64,000 bases of DNA, from the NCBI GenBank assembly GCA_013265495.1, contig MU057711.1, positions 310,001 to 374,000 of the forward strand, given 5' to 3'. A program made the position numbers and the translations under genes. Positions 25,400 through 38,439 of the stretch are shown here, piece by piece. The notes below the pieces were generated by a model, which worked only from the letters and a program-made list of their open reading frames with translations, searched no databases and had not been told where the DNA came from. How positions within the stretch are numbered: the first letter of the stretch is position 1; each line of letters opens with the position of its first letter. The DNA comes from Vicugna vicugna. Taxonomy: Eukaryota.

Positions 25400-26287
25400 G
25401 TTGCTCAGTAATACATTGTATTTTTTTCCCTTTTTACCTTTTGACCCCCTTCATCCATTTCTCTCACTTCCTAGCCCTCCCCCTCTGGCAACCACCAATC
25501 TGTTCTCCATATTTATTAGGTCGCTTTTTTTTTTTTAAGACTCTACATATAAGAGAGGTTATATGGTATTTGTCTTTCTCTGTTTGATTTATTCCACTTA
25601 GCATACCCTCAAGTTCTGTCCATGTCATTGCAAATGGCAAGATTTTATGGCTGAAAAATATTCCATTGTATATATATCTCACAGTTTCTTTATCCAGTCA
25701 TCCACCAGTGGACGCTTAGGTTGCTTTCGTATCCTGGCTATTGTAAGTAATGCTGCAGTGAACATGGGGGTGCATATATTTTTGTTGAATTCGCATTTTC
25801 ATTTTTTTTGGGTAAATACTCAGACGTGGAATTGCCAAATTGTACGGTAGTTCTGTTTTTAATTTTTTTTTACAGAACCTCCATACTTTTTTCTATAGTG
25901 GATACACCAATTTACATTACTGCCAGCAGTGCACAAGGGTTCCCTTTTGTCTGCAACCTCGCCAACACTTGTTATTTATTTATTTTTTTTTGATAATAGT
26001 CATTCTAACAAGTGTGAGTTCATTTCTCATTGTGGTTTTGATTTGCATTTTCCTGATAATTAGTGATGTTAAGCATCTTTTCATGTACCTGTTGGCCATC
26101 TGTACGTCTTCTTTGGGAATACGGCTATTCAGATCTTCTGCCCATCTTTTAATTGAATTATTTCCCTTGTTTTGCTGCTGAGTTGTGAGTTCTTTATATA
26201 TTTTGGACATTGGTCCCTTATCAGATATATAATTTGCAAATATTTTTCCCCCATTCAGTAGGTTGCCTTTTTATGTTGTTGATGGTA
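25400..26287 (-). mobile_element. L1 ORF2 3' fragment
   Basis: ORF 25980-26210 (SKIYKEL..IKRWAEDLN..MKRCLTSLIIRKMQIKTTMR) and ORF 25464-25682 are L1 ORF2 or 3' UTR sequence. Confidence 0.9.
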
Positions 26288-28057
26288 AAGAACTTCTTAA
26301 GGAGAGAGCTATGGCAAAAAAGATAGTTGATAAATTAAGAGAGTTTGTGATAAGATGAAGCAACTAAATTACAAAACCAGCATGGAAAAAAGTTAAAACA
26401 TGAAGCCCCTGGAGAGAGAACTGAAGACTGATGCTTCATAGCTGGGGCAACTGAAAAAAAAAAGAAACTTTTGAAATATTTAATATTTGCTGAAATATGA
26501 AGGGAAATGAACTATGTTGTACTTGTAAGAATTAAAAAGTCTGATTAGCTGAGCAGAGTTGCCAAGAATCTGCCATTGTCTTAGTTGAAATCAAACATCA
26601 TTTGCAAATTCATATGTGAGTTTTAGCTTCCTGCTTGAATGTTACATATGCAGAACTCTGAAGCTTTCTACTACTGAAGGCGTTCAGAATCTGTGACATA
26701 TGTATCAGCTTTGTGTTTTGATGAAATTCAAAATTTGTTGTTCTAAGATACACTGAGATCAGTAAATCTTGATGTTCACCTTTACAGAAGCCAATGTCTG
26801 TTTTCTAATTAGAAAAGCAAAAGCTAATAAGAATTAGAACACAGAACTCATGAATTTTAGAAGTCTCATTTGGCCTCCTGAGCCACAATATTTTAACAGC
26901 TGTACTAGAGACTGACTGAAAATATTAGCACATTTATCCAGACATGACAAGATTTAAATCTAATTTAAAGCTTCCTCTATCACAATGGCAGATTCACTGT
27001 GTAACTTTATTGTACAAGCGATGTCTGTTGGAACTCCTGACTGAATATCAAATTCAGCTACCTTTCCAGAATATCATTTTAAGAAACATGGTGTTTTCCA
27101 GATTTCCTTCCATTTTATTTTAAGTCTGAAAAAGTCCTATTTCAATCTTAAAAAAATCAGAATGTGGGATCATCTTGATGTCATCTCCAATATGTGACAA
27201 GCTTGCAGTGCCTTATGGACAGCAAACAACATTTACAGAATACCTGAATAAATTTAACTTTTCACCAGAACTCTTAAAGAATAGGCTGAGATGACAGTGC
27301 TTCGTGAGCATGCATATTAAATAGATGGCATATAAAAGTGGAAGAGTCAAAACAGTGTGAAAACATAGTTATAACAGCACAGAGAGACCACACGTAAATC
27401 AAGGAGAGGCTGGAAGTATCCTAGTAGTATGCAGCCAGATCATAAAACTACCCTATCTCGGAAACTAAAAACATGGATGAAAAATGAGGGAGAAAGGACC
27501 GGCAAAATACCAGCAGCGTTTAAACAAAGGAAGCAGTACAACCTCACACCATAAGCTGGAAAGCAGTGGGAAGAAGACTCATGGGGATTTGTATGTGTCT
27601 TTTGTACTCTGGCTTTTCAGAAGCTATACGGGGTGAGGACAAGGTCAGTAGATAAATTATGAAAAACCTAATGCTTTTGGAGGGAATCAGGTGAGTGGTG
27701 AGTCAGCATCTAGGGGAAAGAGACAGAAATGTCCTGGTTTCAGGGTGGAAGTTCTTCCTGCATCACACATACCAATGTACGGCATCATTCTCCATCAGGG
27801 CTGTGGCCAGCCCACATGATACCTGTGTGAATTAGAAAAAGGCACCCTTTCTGAGCACACTCAGCCCCATGGGCACAGGGTTTAGCATCTTTATGCAAAG
27901 CAAAAGCTCCTTTCTCTGAGCAGACACAGACCCATGCTAGGCTAGGACCCATGGCTCAGAGAGCCTAGCACAAACTGGATTTTAGCCCCCTGTTGTCCTC
28001 TCAGTTGGGCAACTTTGTGCTGTATGCAAACCACATGACTGCCACAGTCATTCTCAC

Positions 28058-28526
28058 TGTCGACTGAAATAAAATCACACAACATGAGAGCTATAAGTTA
28101 ATTTTTATTTGTGGCAAAATGAGGACTAAAGCCCTGGAGATAGCATCTCAGATAGCCCCGAGGAGCTGCTCCAAAGAGGCAGGGGGGAAGGTCAGTATTA
28201 TATATGATTTTAGGGAAGGGGGTACGTGCAGCCAAGCACACACTTAGGTAGAGGCTGCTGCTGGTCACAAGGACCAGATTCACCATTAATGATGTTAGAG
28301 CTTTTCTACAAATGAGGAGATGCAAGAATTTGGGCTTGTAAAAACTTCCTCTGAAAATATCTAACTATCTGAAGGCCTGTTCAGCCAGTTTTCCCAGAGC
28401 ACAGAGCGCCTCATTCCTGATCTCCACCCTGAACTCCTCTCAGGCAGTGTTGAAGGTCAACGGCTGCAGCAGCTCCTGATTTAATCATTGTAGGGGCAGA
28501 CGGCAAGTGCCAATTTTTAGCTGGCA
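28058..28526 (-). mobile_element. ERV1-type solo LTR
   Basis: TG...CA termini (TGTCGACT, AGCTGGCA) and a minus-strand AATAAA near 28104-28109. The R/U5 region resembles that of the LTR at 44331. Confidence 0.72.
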
Positions 28527-29632
28527 TCCTCAAGGAAGGGAATAACTTGGGGGGTGGACATTTTTTTTTCTTTCATTTGGGGCTAAGCATAGTGAATGCA
28601 CATGGAAAAGGATAGAGACGGGGAGGGGGTGGACAAGGTTGATCCAACATAAATAAAATTGGTGTCCGGAGGTAGAGAAGGCTATGACTGGAACAGAAAA
28701 AAGAAAAACTTCAAAGGCATAATAAAATACTCACTAAATAAGGAAGAACTAAATCTGCAGATAAAGAGGAAACATCATGTTTTAGAAAAAATCAGTAAAG
28801 AATGAACAACATTGAAACATCCTGAAGAAGTTACTTGGAGAAGTTTGGACTAAAAAACCCATCCTCTAGGGCTCAGTCTCTCCACACCAGTTCAATGTCA
28901 CACAGTAAGTTTGACCTAGGTTTACTTCCCAACCAGTTATAAAGGCAGGTGAAGAACTCTTAAATATGCAGTAACTCAGGCATCATAACTATGAACCTTT
29001 TTTGAAATACATTTTAATATATTTTCAATATATATTCTTGAAAATAATATTTGTCTAAATCCAAGTGAAACCAAGAGAATTAATATGAAGATGGTAGTAA
29101 TGGGAGAAAACTTAATAAGAATATAAGCATTAAAATCCATTAAGATGTAAAATTCAAAGTAACAACAATGCAATAGGCATTTATAGAAAAGAATATAAAG
29201 GTGACTGGAAAGAAAAACGTCACAATTTAAAATAATATAACTAATGGACTGAGGCAAAAACCCTAGAGCCTGCTGACAGAACGCAGTCGGGGCTGAGAAG
29301 GAAGTATGAGTGAGCTAATGTCCTTGTCTTTCACAGCAAGATGTCAACATTCACTTCACTTTTTAAAAGTTAATAAATCAAGAAATAAAGTTTTTAAAAG
29401 TTTACCATTTGACACACAAGAGTAATTTTAAATTACCAGAAAGTGGAGGGTGTTCCGAAAATTAACCATATAGTATAAGATAGAAAACAATAGAAAAATG
29501 GCAGTCTCCAGTCTACTATCAGATGACAGGGAATTAAAAGTTCAAAAAGCATTAAATCTGCAGCTGGAATACAGTGGCCTAATTAAATGTTGTAATCAAT
29601 CAGATTCCAGATCACAAAACAGAAAACAGCAT

Positions 29633-29900
29633 TGTGGTAGAAACTGCTAGCTGTCCATCACAATCTATTCTCCACTTCCATGATCACAGAATTAGAGCTG
29701 GCATTTGGCTGCTCAGACATACCAAACATTCTACTCCCAGAGTGTGGCCTTGTGACCTCAGTGGAATGTTCTCCCCTGGGATGTGAGCAAAACTAGTGAG
29801 TGCCGCTTGTGGGCCTGGCCCATAAATCTCCCTGCTTGCCCCCCGCCCCGTGCTCTCCCCCTCCCTGTGGGCAGGGCTGACAATAAGGAAGGTGAATTGG
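29633..29900. mobile_element. MaLR (MLT1-like) fragment
   Basis: TGTGGTAG start with GTGTGGCCTTGTGAC and GATGTGAGCAAAA motifs. Confidence 0.5.
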
Positions 29901-30799
29901 TACCCAAACTGCTTTAGACTCGATTCTAACTATGGGGAGTCTCTCTCTCTCCCAACACACCCTGCTTACTAGAACACCTATCATTGATCACTGAGCCAGC
30001 CTTCTGTCAGGAGACAGAACGCATCCTGGTTACTTGGACAGAAAGAATGTAACACAAAGAATTGTTTAATCAGATATAAAATAGAAAACTGACAGTGTGC
30101 ATGTATAAACCATTAGATTTATACGAGCAGTTTAACCAGTATAAGTCTCAACACATAAAGGAAGTCTCTGAAAATGCAAGGAGAAACAAAAACACAGATG
30201 AATGAAATCTACACATAAATCATGATAGCATATGGAATAATATAATCACTAATACATAAATATTTAATTCTTTATCCAAACAACTAAGATTACACCTTCT
30301 AGTTCCCCTGAAACATTTTGAAGCTGACCAAATTTGAGGTGCCAAAGAAAGCCTTCACACGTTTCAAATTACAAATAGTAATGACTGCATTCTTTTAAGT
30401 CAAGCAAAAGAAAAAATAACCCCTAGTTTCATAAACAAAATAGAAAAGAAAAAAAAAGCCAGGCTCTTGGAGATTTTGAAATTCTTTTCTAAATTGAAGG
30501 AAGTTGAAATTTCAGAATATCTACACTATAATCAAATTACTACATGTAAAAAAGCTAAAACCATATTCAGACAAAAATTCATAGTATTAAACATAGTACT
30601 AAACAAGATAGAATGGAAGTAAATGAATTACTCGTTGCAAGGAATTCTCAATTAAACATAAGGAAAACAAGAAAGAAAATGATAAAGTGAAACAGAAATT
30701 AATTCAAAAACAAAAACAGAATAAATGCAAGAAGTTTTTGAAAAAAACATTGGATAGCGATACGATCCGGTAGCTTAATGGAGTAATAAAGGGACATAA

Positions 30800-30970
30800 T
30801 AATAGCTTGCATTTACTGAGCACTTAACATCCGAGGCACTGGGCTTGGTGCTTTGTGTATATTAGCTCTACCTTGTGAGCTAGGAACTATTAGTGTCCTC
30901 ATTTTACATATGAGAAAACTGAGGAACAGAGTTCAAGCATCTCATCCAAGGCTCCACAGTCAGATACCAG
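30800..30970 (-). mobile_element. MIR SINE
   Basis: CATTTACTGAGCACTTA..CATTTTACATATGAGAAAACTGAGG core. Confidence 0.7.
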
Positions 30971-33079
30971 ACAGAATATTGGAACTCAGAACGATGAAAT
31001 AACTATTTCACAGATGCAGAGGAAATCTAAATTTGTGATACATATTAACATTAGGAAATTCTCAAACTTGTTGCATGACTGATACAAAGACATGTCATGG
31101 AGAAACAGGCTCATCTATTTTTGAAGATTGGAGAAATCTGGGATAGGGTTGGGGCATCTCTTGCTGCCCCCCATCCCACACCCACTTTACGACAGCCTTG
31201 GTTCCTCTGTGATGTGCTTATGAACGGCAGCCTCCCTAAATGAGGGAGCTGGAAATCCCGCTGCTCTGGGAGAAACATTAAATCTGGGATCTGGCTTAAT
31301 CCTCCTCCTTCCTTCAACAAGATTACCTGAGGCACATCCATCTGCCAGAAAGACAGGTCCCAGTTCCATCTTGCTGAACGCACTGAAAGTTACCAAATAA
31401 GCACAGACATTCACAGCATGAGTGTATTGTACTCTCCTTTTGAGCCCAAAATAAAGTGAGAATAAGGAAACATCAGTCACTCACCATCAAGTGTCCACCC
31501 TGCCATGTTCCTGGGTTTGGAGAAAATACAATGTGAGGTGGATAATTAACTCTCCCATCTTGTGCTCTCAGTACAGTAAACTGCAGGGGCAGGTTTAAGT
31601 GGCAATTTTGGTTCAAACACCGGCTGAGCCACCAGCAAAGATGAGAGGCTCAGAAGGGGTTGGGATCATTTAGAGAAGTGTTTGTTTTCTGAGCCTGAAA
31701 GTGGGTGCTGTAATCAGAAATCTTTCATGCAATACACACTTTCAGCTCTTCAGATTTGATTGTGTTTTGATGGCGATATTGCGCATACGACATCATGGTT
31801 GTGACCTCGATGTTTGGCGGCGCAATCAAGTTTTCCTTCGGGTCAACTTCCTGCACGACTCTGGGCTGAAAAGGAGCAAAACTGATTCCTTTTCTTCCTG
31901 CCATTTCCTTATTCTGAAAAAAAAAAAAACAAAAAACAGTCAGGGAAGGATTCTCCAGCCCTTGAAATCATTAATCAGCCCTTAGTTAAAGAGATTCCAT
32001 TTCATGTTAAAGTATTTTTCTGGCTTTGCTTTTTTTGCTGTTGCTTCTCATTGACCTGTATTAAAGGACAAAGGATATTTACTTTTTTAGTGTTCATAAT
32101 TCCTTGACTCATAGGTTTATTTTACCCCAATTTAGAAGCCAGTTTCATTCTGGTGTTCAGCATGAATTAACGTTCACCTTGCACACAGCTATTTCCTGGT
32201 CTCCTGCTTAGAACTGTGGGAAAGTACAAGCACTGGCAGTCGCAGAGCTTGGTCTCAGTCCCCTGATTTCCCATTTTCTGGATGTTGTGGACCACTTGAC
32301 AAATCACTCATGCTCTCTGAACCTCAGTGTCTCTACCCTTAGGTGACTGAGTTAGGCTAGATTTTTGCAACGGTCCCTTCAGCTCTGCCATTTTCTCAGC
32401 CCATCTTCCATTTACGTAAGTGTGTGCACTTTAAACTTTCACTCCCTGTGTTGCCAAGTGCTGTCCTTCAAAGACTGCCTGCATTCCCTTCCCTTAATAT
32501 CACCTCTGTCCTCATAACACACTTATATATACATATATATACATTGTATCTCTGTTTGTCCACGGGACGTGTCCACTCATCTGTCCTACCATCTTTCACC
32601 AAACCCAAATGATGTAGAGCTTGTCTGTCCTTCCCAGTCGTGGCTACAGCATCCCTTCTCTGTGGCATCCCCGTTATCCCCAAACCTGTGGTCATACTTA
32701 ACAGCCCTCGTCACCAACAGCCAAGTCCCATTGCCTTCTTACTCTGGCTTCAGAATCTGACATCTTTCTGTCCCCAGTACCAGGACCCCAGTGGCCTTGG
32801 TGCTCATCTGGTTTGAACCAGGAGAAACTCCTCAGCAGGAAGTGGGGACTGCTTGCCTGCCTGCCTCACAGTCTGTAATTACAAAATCATAAATGGGGCA
32901 AAGAGAGAACATGGTTTACGGCTCAGGTCTCAGACCGCAGGAAGCTGCCCCAGGAGGTGACTGAAAGGCCAAGGAACCAGGTGCCCAAGGAGACTTCCCT
33001 GGCATCCTACCCAGAGCCTGCTTATAGGTTTATCTGGGATAACTTCCCACAATATCCAGTTTTGACTCCACCTCTGCTA

Positions 33080-33260
33080 AGCTTTTTGAATAATTTATCT
33101 CATTAACCCTAACACTAACTCTATGAGGAAGGTGCTGTTACTGTACCCACTTCACAGATGAGGAAACTGAGTAGCTGAGAGGTTAAACAGTGTGTGCAAA
33201 CTCAGGGGCAGAGCCAGGGTCAGAATCAAGACCTGCATGATTTTAGATCTGGGCTCTTAC
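33080..33260 (-). mobile_element. MIR SINE
   Basis: ACAGATGAGGAAACTGAG core. Confidence 0.7.
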
Positions 33261-34251
33261 CTCCCTGCTCATTTGCTCACCTTCTTAAACAGCTGGTTTT
33301 GGTTTATTTTATTTTTTAACTATCTATCTATCTATCTATATCTACCTATCTTTTTTAATGCTTATAATGGCTAAGGAAAAGCAAGTCTGAGATAGTGTCC
33401 TCAGGGGAGGGAGAATCCTCTTTGTTGTAAACACAGAAGAATCAAAACTTTCTTCCATTTCTGCTGCTTTGGTTTCTGCTGCATCGCATCCTCCCTCCCT
33501 GACCCTTAACAGAGTCCCCAGCCCAACTAAGGACAGCTCTCCTTAGAACCCAGGAGACCTGGGGGGTTGTCTTTCGGGCAGGTACTTCCCTAGGCCAAAA
33601 TTCCCGTGGACGTGGTACATTTAATTGACAGGCTCAGTAGGGCTTGTAAACATCTCTTCCCATTTTAAGATTTGAGAACAAACCCTGGATTTGGATCAAA
33701 CTATAGCACGTGTATGCCAGAGCAGGAGGGGATGAGACAGAAGCTTTTCTACCTGTGTCCCTTCCCCAGTCCTGGTGAGGCCCTGCCTGGAGCTGAAACT
33801 CCTTATGGACACTGCAGCGGGGCCAGGGGAGGTGGGCAGTGAGACATAGCCAGGCCCTGGAAGGACCCCAGAGCGAGCCTCTCCCAGGCTCTAGCCCACT
33901 TCCCAAGGTTATTGGAGATACTGGCTAGATCAGTGGTTTTTGAAATAGGGTGGGTTGTATCCATGGGGAATGGTTTTTTCAAATCCAGATATCCAGCATC
34001 TAACCCAGGACGGCCTGGAAGTGCACATTATCTGTGAGGGAGGGTACTTTTTACTTTCAAATTACAGCCCATGGTACACTTTCCCCAGTTCTGGGCCCCC
34101 ATGAAAAAGAATAGTGACCTGATTTTATAAGCAGTTAATAAGGTACGTGTCTTTGTCTTGCTGCTGTAGGACAGAAAGGATGCTACCCTGGGGAGTCAAG
34201 AATCCCTGAAGGAACTCGAGAGCAAACTGCAGGATGGCTTCTACCTGATAA

Positions 34252-34709
34252 TGTTACGGAAGGCAAGTTCCTGTGCCTGCCGCACCATGAGGCCAAACTG
34301 AAACATCGACGTTTGGAGCAGAGAAAGGTTTATTTCAGGGCCAAGCAAGGAGAACAGGGAGGCTCATGCCCAAGAAAACCCAAACTCCCCGGAGGGTGTC
34401 AGCAAAACATTTTCAAAGGCCAGGTAAGGGAGGGGGTGATCAGCTGTGCACAATTCTCTGATTGGTTGATGCTGAGGTAACAGGGCGGTCAACACTGTCA
34501 ATCCCTAGGCGCCAGGAGGTCTGGGGGCCACGTGCTCTCCATCATCAAATAGTTCATTGCTTCCCTTTGGTGGTGGTTTTTAGCATCTGAAAAACTCAGG
34601 AAATCTACATGAGATACTATTATCTGGGTGCTTCAGAGAGGAGCTGCAGCAGAGGGTATGGGGGAGGCGTCTGTCACTGAAAGGCCCCACAGGGTCCCAC
34701 TCCATTATA
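34252..34709 (-). mobile_element. ERV1-type solo LTR
   Basis: TGTTACGGA start, degenerate end, minus-strand AATAAA near 34329, flanks ATAA/ATAC. Homologous to 40659-40986. Confidence 0.78.
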
Positions 34710-36034
34710 ATACGCTCTGAATTAATGTTTTTCCCCTCCATCTTATATCCCAAATGTCCTTTCGGGTTAATTTGTTCTTCTGGTTCGTCCACTGGAAGGG
34801 ATGAGAGAGCTGCTTTCTGCCTGTTGAATACTTTGTCTGACTGTATATCCTTCACCTGTCCCATTTCAGGACTCAGGTCTAATTATCTGTTCCCTTCCGG
34901 CCATCGCAAAACTGAATGTCTGTAAACACCGTGTTCCTCTTGTGAATAAACCTGCAATGGCTTCTTGTTGTCTGCCTTTTTGAGTCTGTCCAGGCAAATC
35001 ATGGTCTTTGAAACAGACCCAAATGTGGTCCCCTTGCCTGAAATGTACTTCCCCTCACCTCTCTGGTTCAGTTCTTCCATCCTCGTGTCCCCTTCCCTTC
35101 CTACTGGTCTCCATCTTGGAAGGCGCAAAGATGCCATGTAATTCCATACAATTAGAGAATACGGGTTACCCACTGGTGCATTCATCATTTCCTGAGGCCA
35201 GTGCTTTCCTTAGATGAAGTATCAGCCCGCTGAGGCCGGGCACTCAACAAAGGCTAAATAAATTGGGTATCTCCGCCCACTACCCACTGCAGTGCCAAAT
35301 TTGCAGCAGAAGCTGAATAAATGCTTCTTGACTGACAGAAGAGAGAGTAGATAATACATATTTACTGTGAATGGGGATTTCCCCACAGGGAGATGTAACT
35401 GTCCAGTTGTCTGAAAGTCGGAAAGGGACTCAGGGCTGTTTGGGCAGTTTTATGCACTATTGTGCCATGAGTGAGAGTTAGAGAAGTTCAGTAAACCTGC
35501 ACGTGTTTATCTCACCTAGAAAATGAAAGGTGAAAAATTGGAAGCTCGATGTTTATGACAACACTGACGAATGACCATTGTCACTTGAAAGCAAAAAGCT
35601 GAGAATTGCCGACTTGGCTCTGTAAAATTAGCTTTAGAGTCCTCCTGAAGCTGGAAGGTTTTACGCAAATTAATAATACAAGCGATTTTTCAACTTCCGT
35701 CTAACAGGGAAGTAAATAGCTAAAACTAGCAGAGTCAGCAGTTAGTTGAGCTGCTCTCTCAGTTGTATCCAGGGCAGTGCCATGAATTTTCTCTGCTGTG
35801 GGGGTGGCGGAGATCTCGACACAATTCCTTCTACTTTTGGCCCAGTGCCCCATATCCTTGACAGGAGTTTCGTTGGCCACTGTTTGGTTAAAATACATTA
35901 TGCCAGTGAAGTTTTCCCTTGCTCCTTTAGCTAAGAGACTCAAGGCAGCAGTGTACAGCACTCACTGAGGGAAACAGGCGTTCATCTGTAGGCCTCCCGT
36001 GGCTCCTCCTCCTCCCATCAGATGCAGGAGGGAA

Positions 36035-36614
36035 GGAGAAACAATAAAATGGCCGCGCTCAGGCTAATTCTTGGCTCTATGCTGACTGCTTGCTTTTAGA
36101 ACGATCAGCAGACCTGACTGACCAGACACTGCTCCCAGCCCCGGGCCTACTGTTAAAGCTGAAGTTATTGACTTCCCTGTTTGTTTCACCTCACTCTGGC
36201 AATTGAAATTGACAGTCATGTTTGGATTCTGAGTCATTCCCCCAGGAAGGGAGTCGTGGGACATTGACCAGACCCTCTGAAGTCCCTCCTGGTGCCTGAT
36301 GAGTCTGATCAGATAAAGAAGGTCGCAGGCTGATGACCCTCCAGACCCCCGGATGGTACCCTGATGCTGGACAGACTTAGGAGGAAGCTTCACCAGAGAC
36401 TCTTGTTGATTGATATCCCCTTTTACACCCTAGTTTGTTCACAATATAATCACTAAGCCCCAACCCTAAGACGGGCTCACAGCTTTGAAGGCACTAGCCT
36501 GCTGTAAGTCCTCTTTGCCTGGAAAAGCAATAAAGCTGCCTCTTTTCTTCTAAGCTCCAAGACCCGGTGTCTGTTATTTGGCTCATCAGGGATGGGGCCG
36601 ATCTTTCAGCAACA
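36035..36614 (+). mobile_element. ERV1-type solo LTR (5' boundary uncertain)
   Basis: GCAATAAAGCT poly(A) motif near 36527 and a typical U5 end ..TTTCAGCAACA. GGAA lies on both sides. Confidence 0.65.
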
Positions 36615-36721
36615 GGAAGGCAAGCAGTAGTGACCCTCCACATCTCCGAGGGTCACTGTGGAGAAGACCTGTGTGGTCCCTGAGAAAGGGCACTGACGAG
36701 CATGACACTTTAATATACAGT

Positions 36722-36940
36722 GTGTATAACATACATTAAATAGATAAACAACAAGTTCATGCTGTACAGCACAGGGAACTGTATTCAGTATCTTGTAGTA
36801 ACTTACGGTGAGAAAGAATATGAAAACAAATATATATATGTATGTTCATGTATGACTGAAGCCTTGTGCTGTACACCAGAAATTGACACAACATTGTAAA
36901 CTGACTATACTTAAATAAAAAAATACATATACAAAAGAAG
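36722..36940 (+). mobile_element. Short L1 3' UTR insertion
   Basis: Homologous to 12790-12970 (TAGATAAACAA..ACACCAGAAATTGACACAACATTGTAAACTGACTAT). A-rich tail; ATACAGT on both flanks. Confidence 0.82.
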
Positions 36941-37727
36941 ATACAGTTATGTCTTTATTAAAGGCTGCTTGCTATCTATAAATAGGTCTGCACAGTAGTT
37001 ACTCCATTACACAATCTATAAAATGGAGTTTTAACTGTATTCAAGATTTGGATTTTTGTACAGAGGGGAGCCTGATTTTAATATGTCTATGTTGGCATTA
37101 GAACAGAGACCACTCAGCCTTTGCCCAAAGCTCCCACACAGGCTAGGCGTCTATGTGAACCTTTGCCACATCCTTCCAACATTTAATGATTCATGACAAC
37201 ATTCATCCCTGGTCAAGGACCTTTTTCAGCCATCATCCCATTTTACCCTCAGATTAATTGAGTCCCGGCTCTGGGGTGTTTCCCCTTCAACTAGAGCAGT
37301 GGCCCAAGGCCTGGCTCAGTCCTCGCCCCCACCGACATCTCTGGGGCTGCAGCAAAGGTCATTTCACCTGCACTCGGACTAGAGAAAGGGGACAACCCCC
37401 CTCCCCGCCGCCACCACCAGAACAGCTCAAGCCTGAGGCTCTGTGAATTCTTCAGGTCAGAGAGGGGGTGGTAGGGGGAGGGGTGCTGTTGAGATGTCTT
37501 GTTGCCTTTGGCAAAATGATGACTTGCAATGACCCACGCATTACCTCTCTGGAGTGGTACTGCATTTCTGACCTTCCTTTTCCTGCTTATTATGTCCCAG
37601 GTGGCCTGCCCATGAGACCTGGCCATTTATTATTATCCCTAGAAGGTGAAGGAGGGACAATCAGAACTCTGAGAGCAGGAGGAAGGGAGAAAGGGTTTTG
37701 AAGTGTGAGGTATAAACTGAGGTCTCA

Positions 37728-38005
37728 TAGAAGACAAACTTATGGTTATCAGGGGGGAAAGGAGGAGCGAAGAGATAAATTGGGAGTTCAGAATTAGCAG
37801 ATACTAACTACCATATATAAAATAGATAAACCACAGGGACTTACTATAGAGCACAGGGAACTATACTCAGTACATTGGAATAGCCTGTAACGAAAAGAAT
37901 AAGAAAAGGAATATATCTATGTATATGTATCTCCAACTGAATCACTATGCTATACACCAGAAATTAACACATTATAAGTCAACTACATGTCAAATAAATA
38001 AATAA
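37728..38005 (+). mobile_element. Short L1 3' UTR insertion with perfect TSD
   Basis: L1 3' end with (TAAA)n tail. Perfect 16-bp TSD ATAAACTGAGGTCTCA at 37712-37727 and 38006-38021. Confidence 0.88.
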
Positions 38006-38102
38006 ATAAACTGAGGTCTCAGCTGTGCAAGGGAAAGCCTTTAGGCAGGAAGTCGAGGTAGGGTCTCCTAGGGGGTTCCTGTCTCCAAAACACGTGTTTA
38101 AT

Positions 38103-38104
<2 letters not shown>

Positions 38105-38152
<48 letters not shown>
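38105..38152. repeat. (GT)24 microsatellite
   Basis: Uninterrupted GT dinucleotide run. Confidence 0.97.
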
Positions 38153-38153
<1 letters not shown>

Positions 38154-38439
38154 TGGGGTGGGAGCAAGAAGAGCTCTCTTCCCACACCCAGTGCACAGTG
38201 AAGAGTCACACTGTGCCCAGAGAGGCTTTCTGAGAACACTGTCTCTGCTCCCAACGCGGGGTGGGTTCATTCTTGGCTACAGATGAAACCAAGGTTTGCT
38301 TTGGGCTCCTGGGAGCAGAAGCAAGTTTCCCTTCAGGCTAAGGCCAGCCCTGCAGCTGTGCTGGGAGCTCACCTCCTCCTGTCTCCTCAGGCACCCCACC
38401 TATCAGTCAACACCTTTTTTCCTACTCTCCACTGAGTCT

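Noticed and set aside
26290..27300. Sequence with vaguely protein-like fragments (for example VSALCFDEIQNLL on + and GKVAEFDIQSG on -), possibly a decayed pseudogene or transposase
   Set aside because: The frames I translated are full of stops and I could not assign a family. A tblastx or nhmmer search would be needed.
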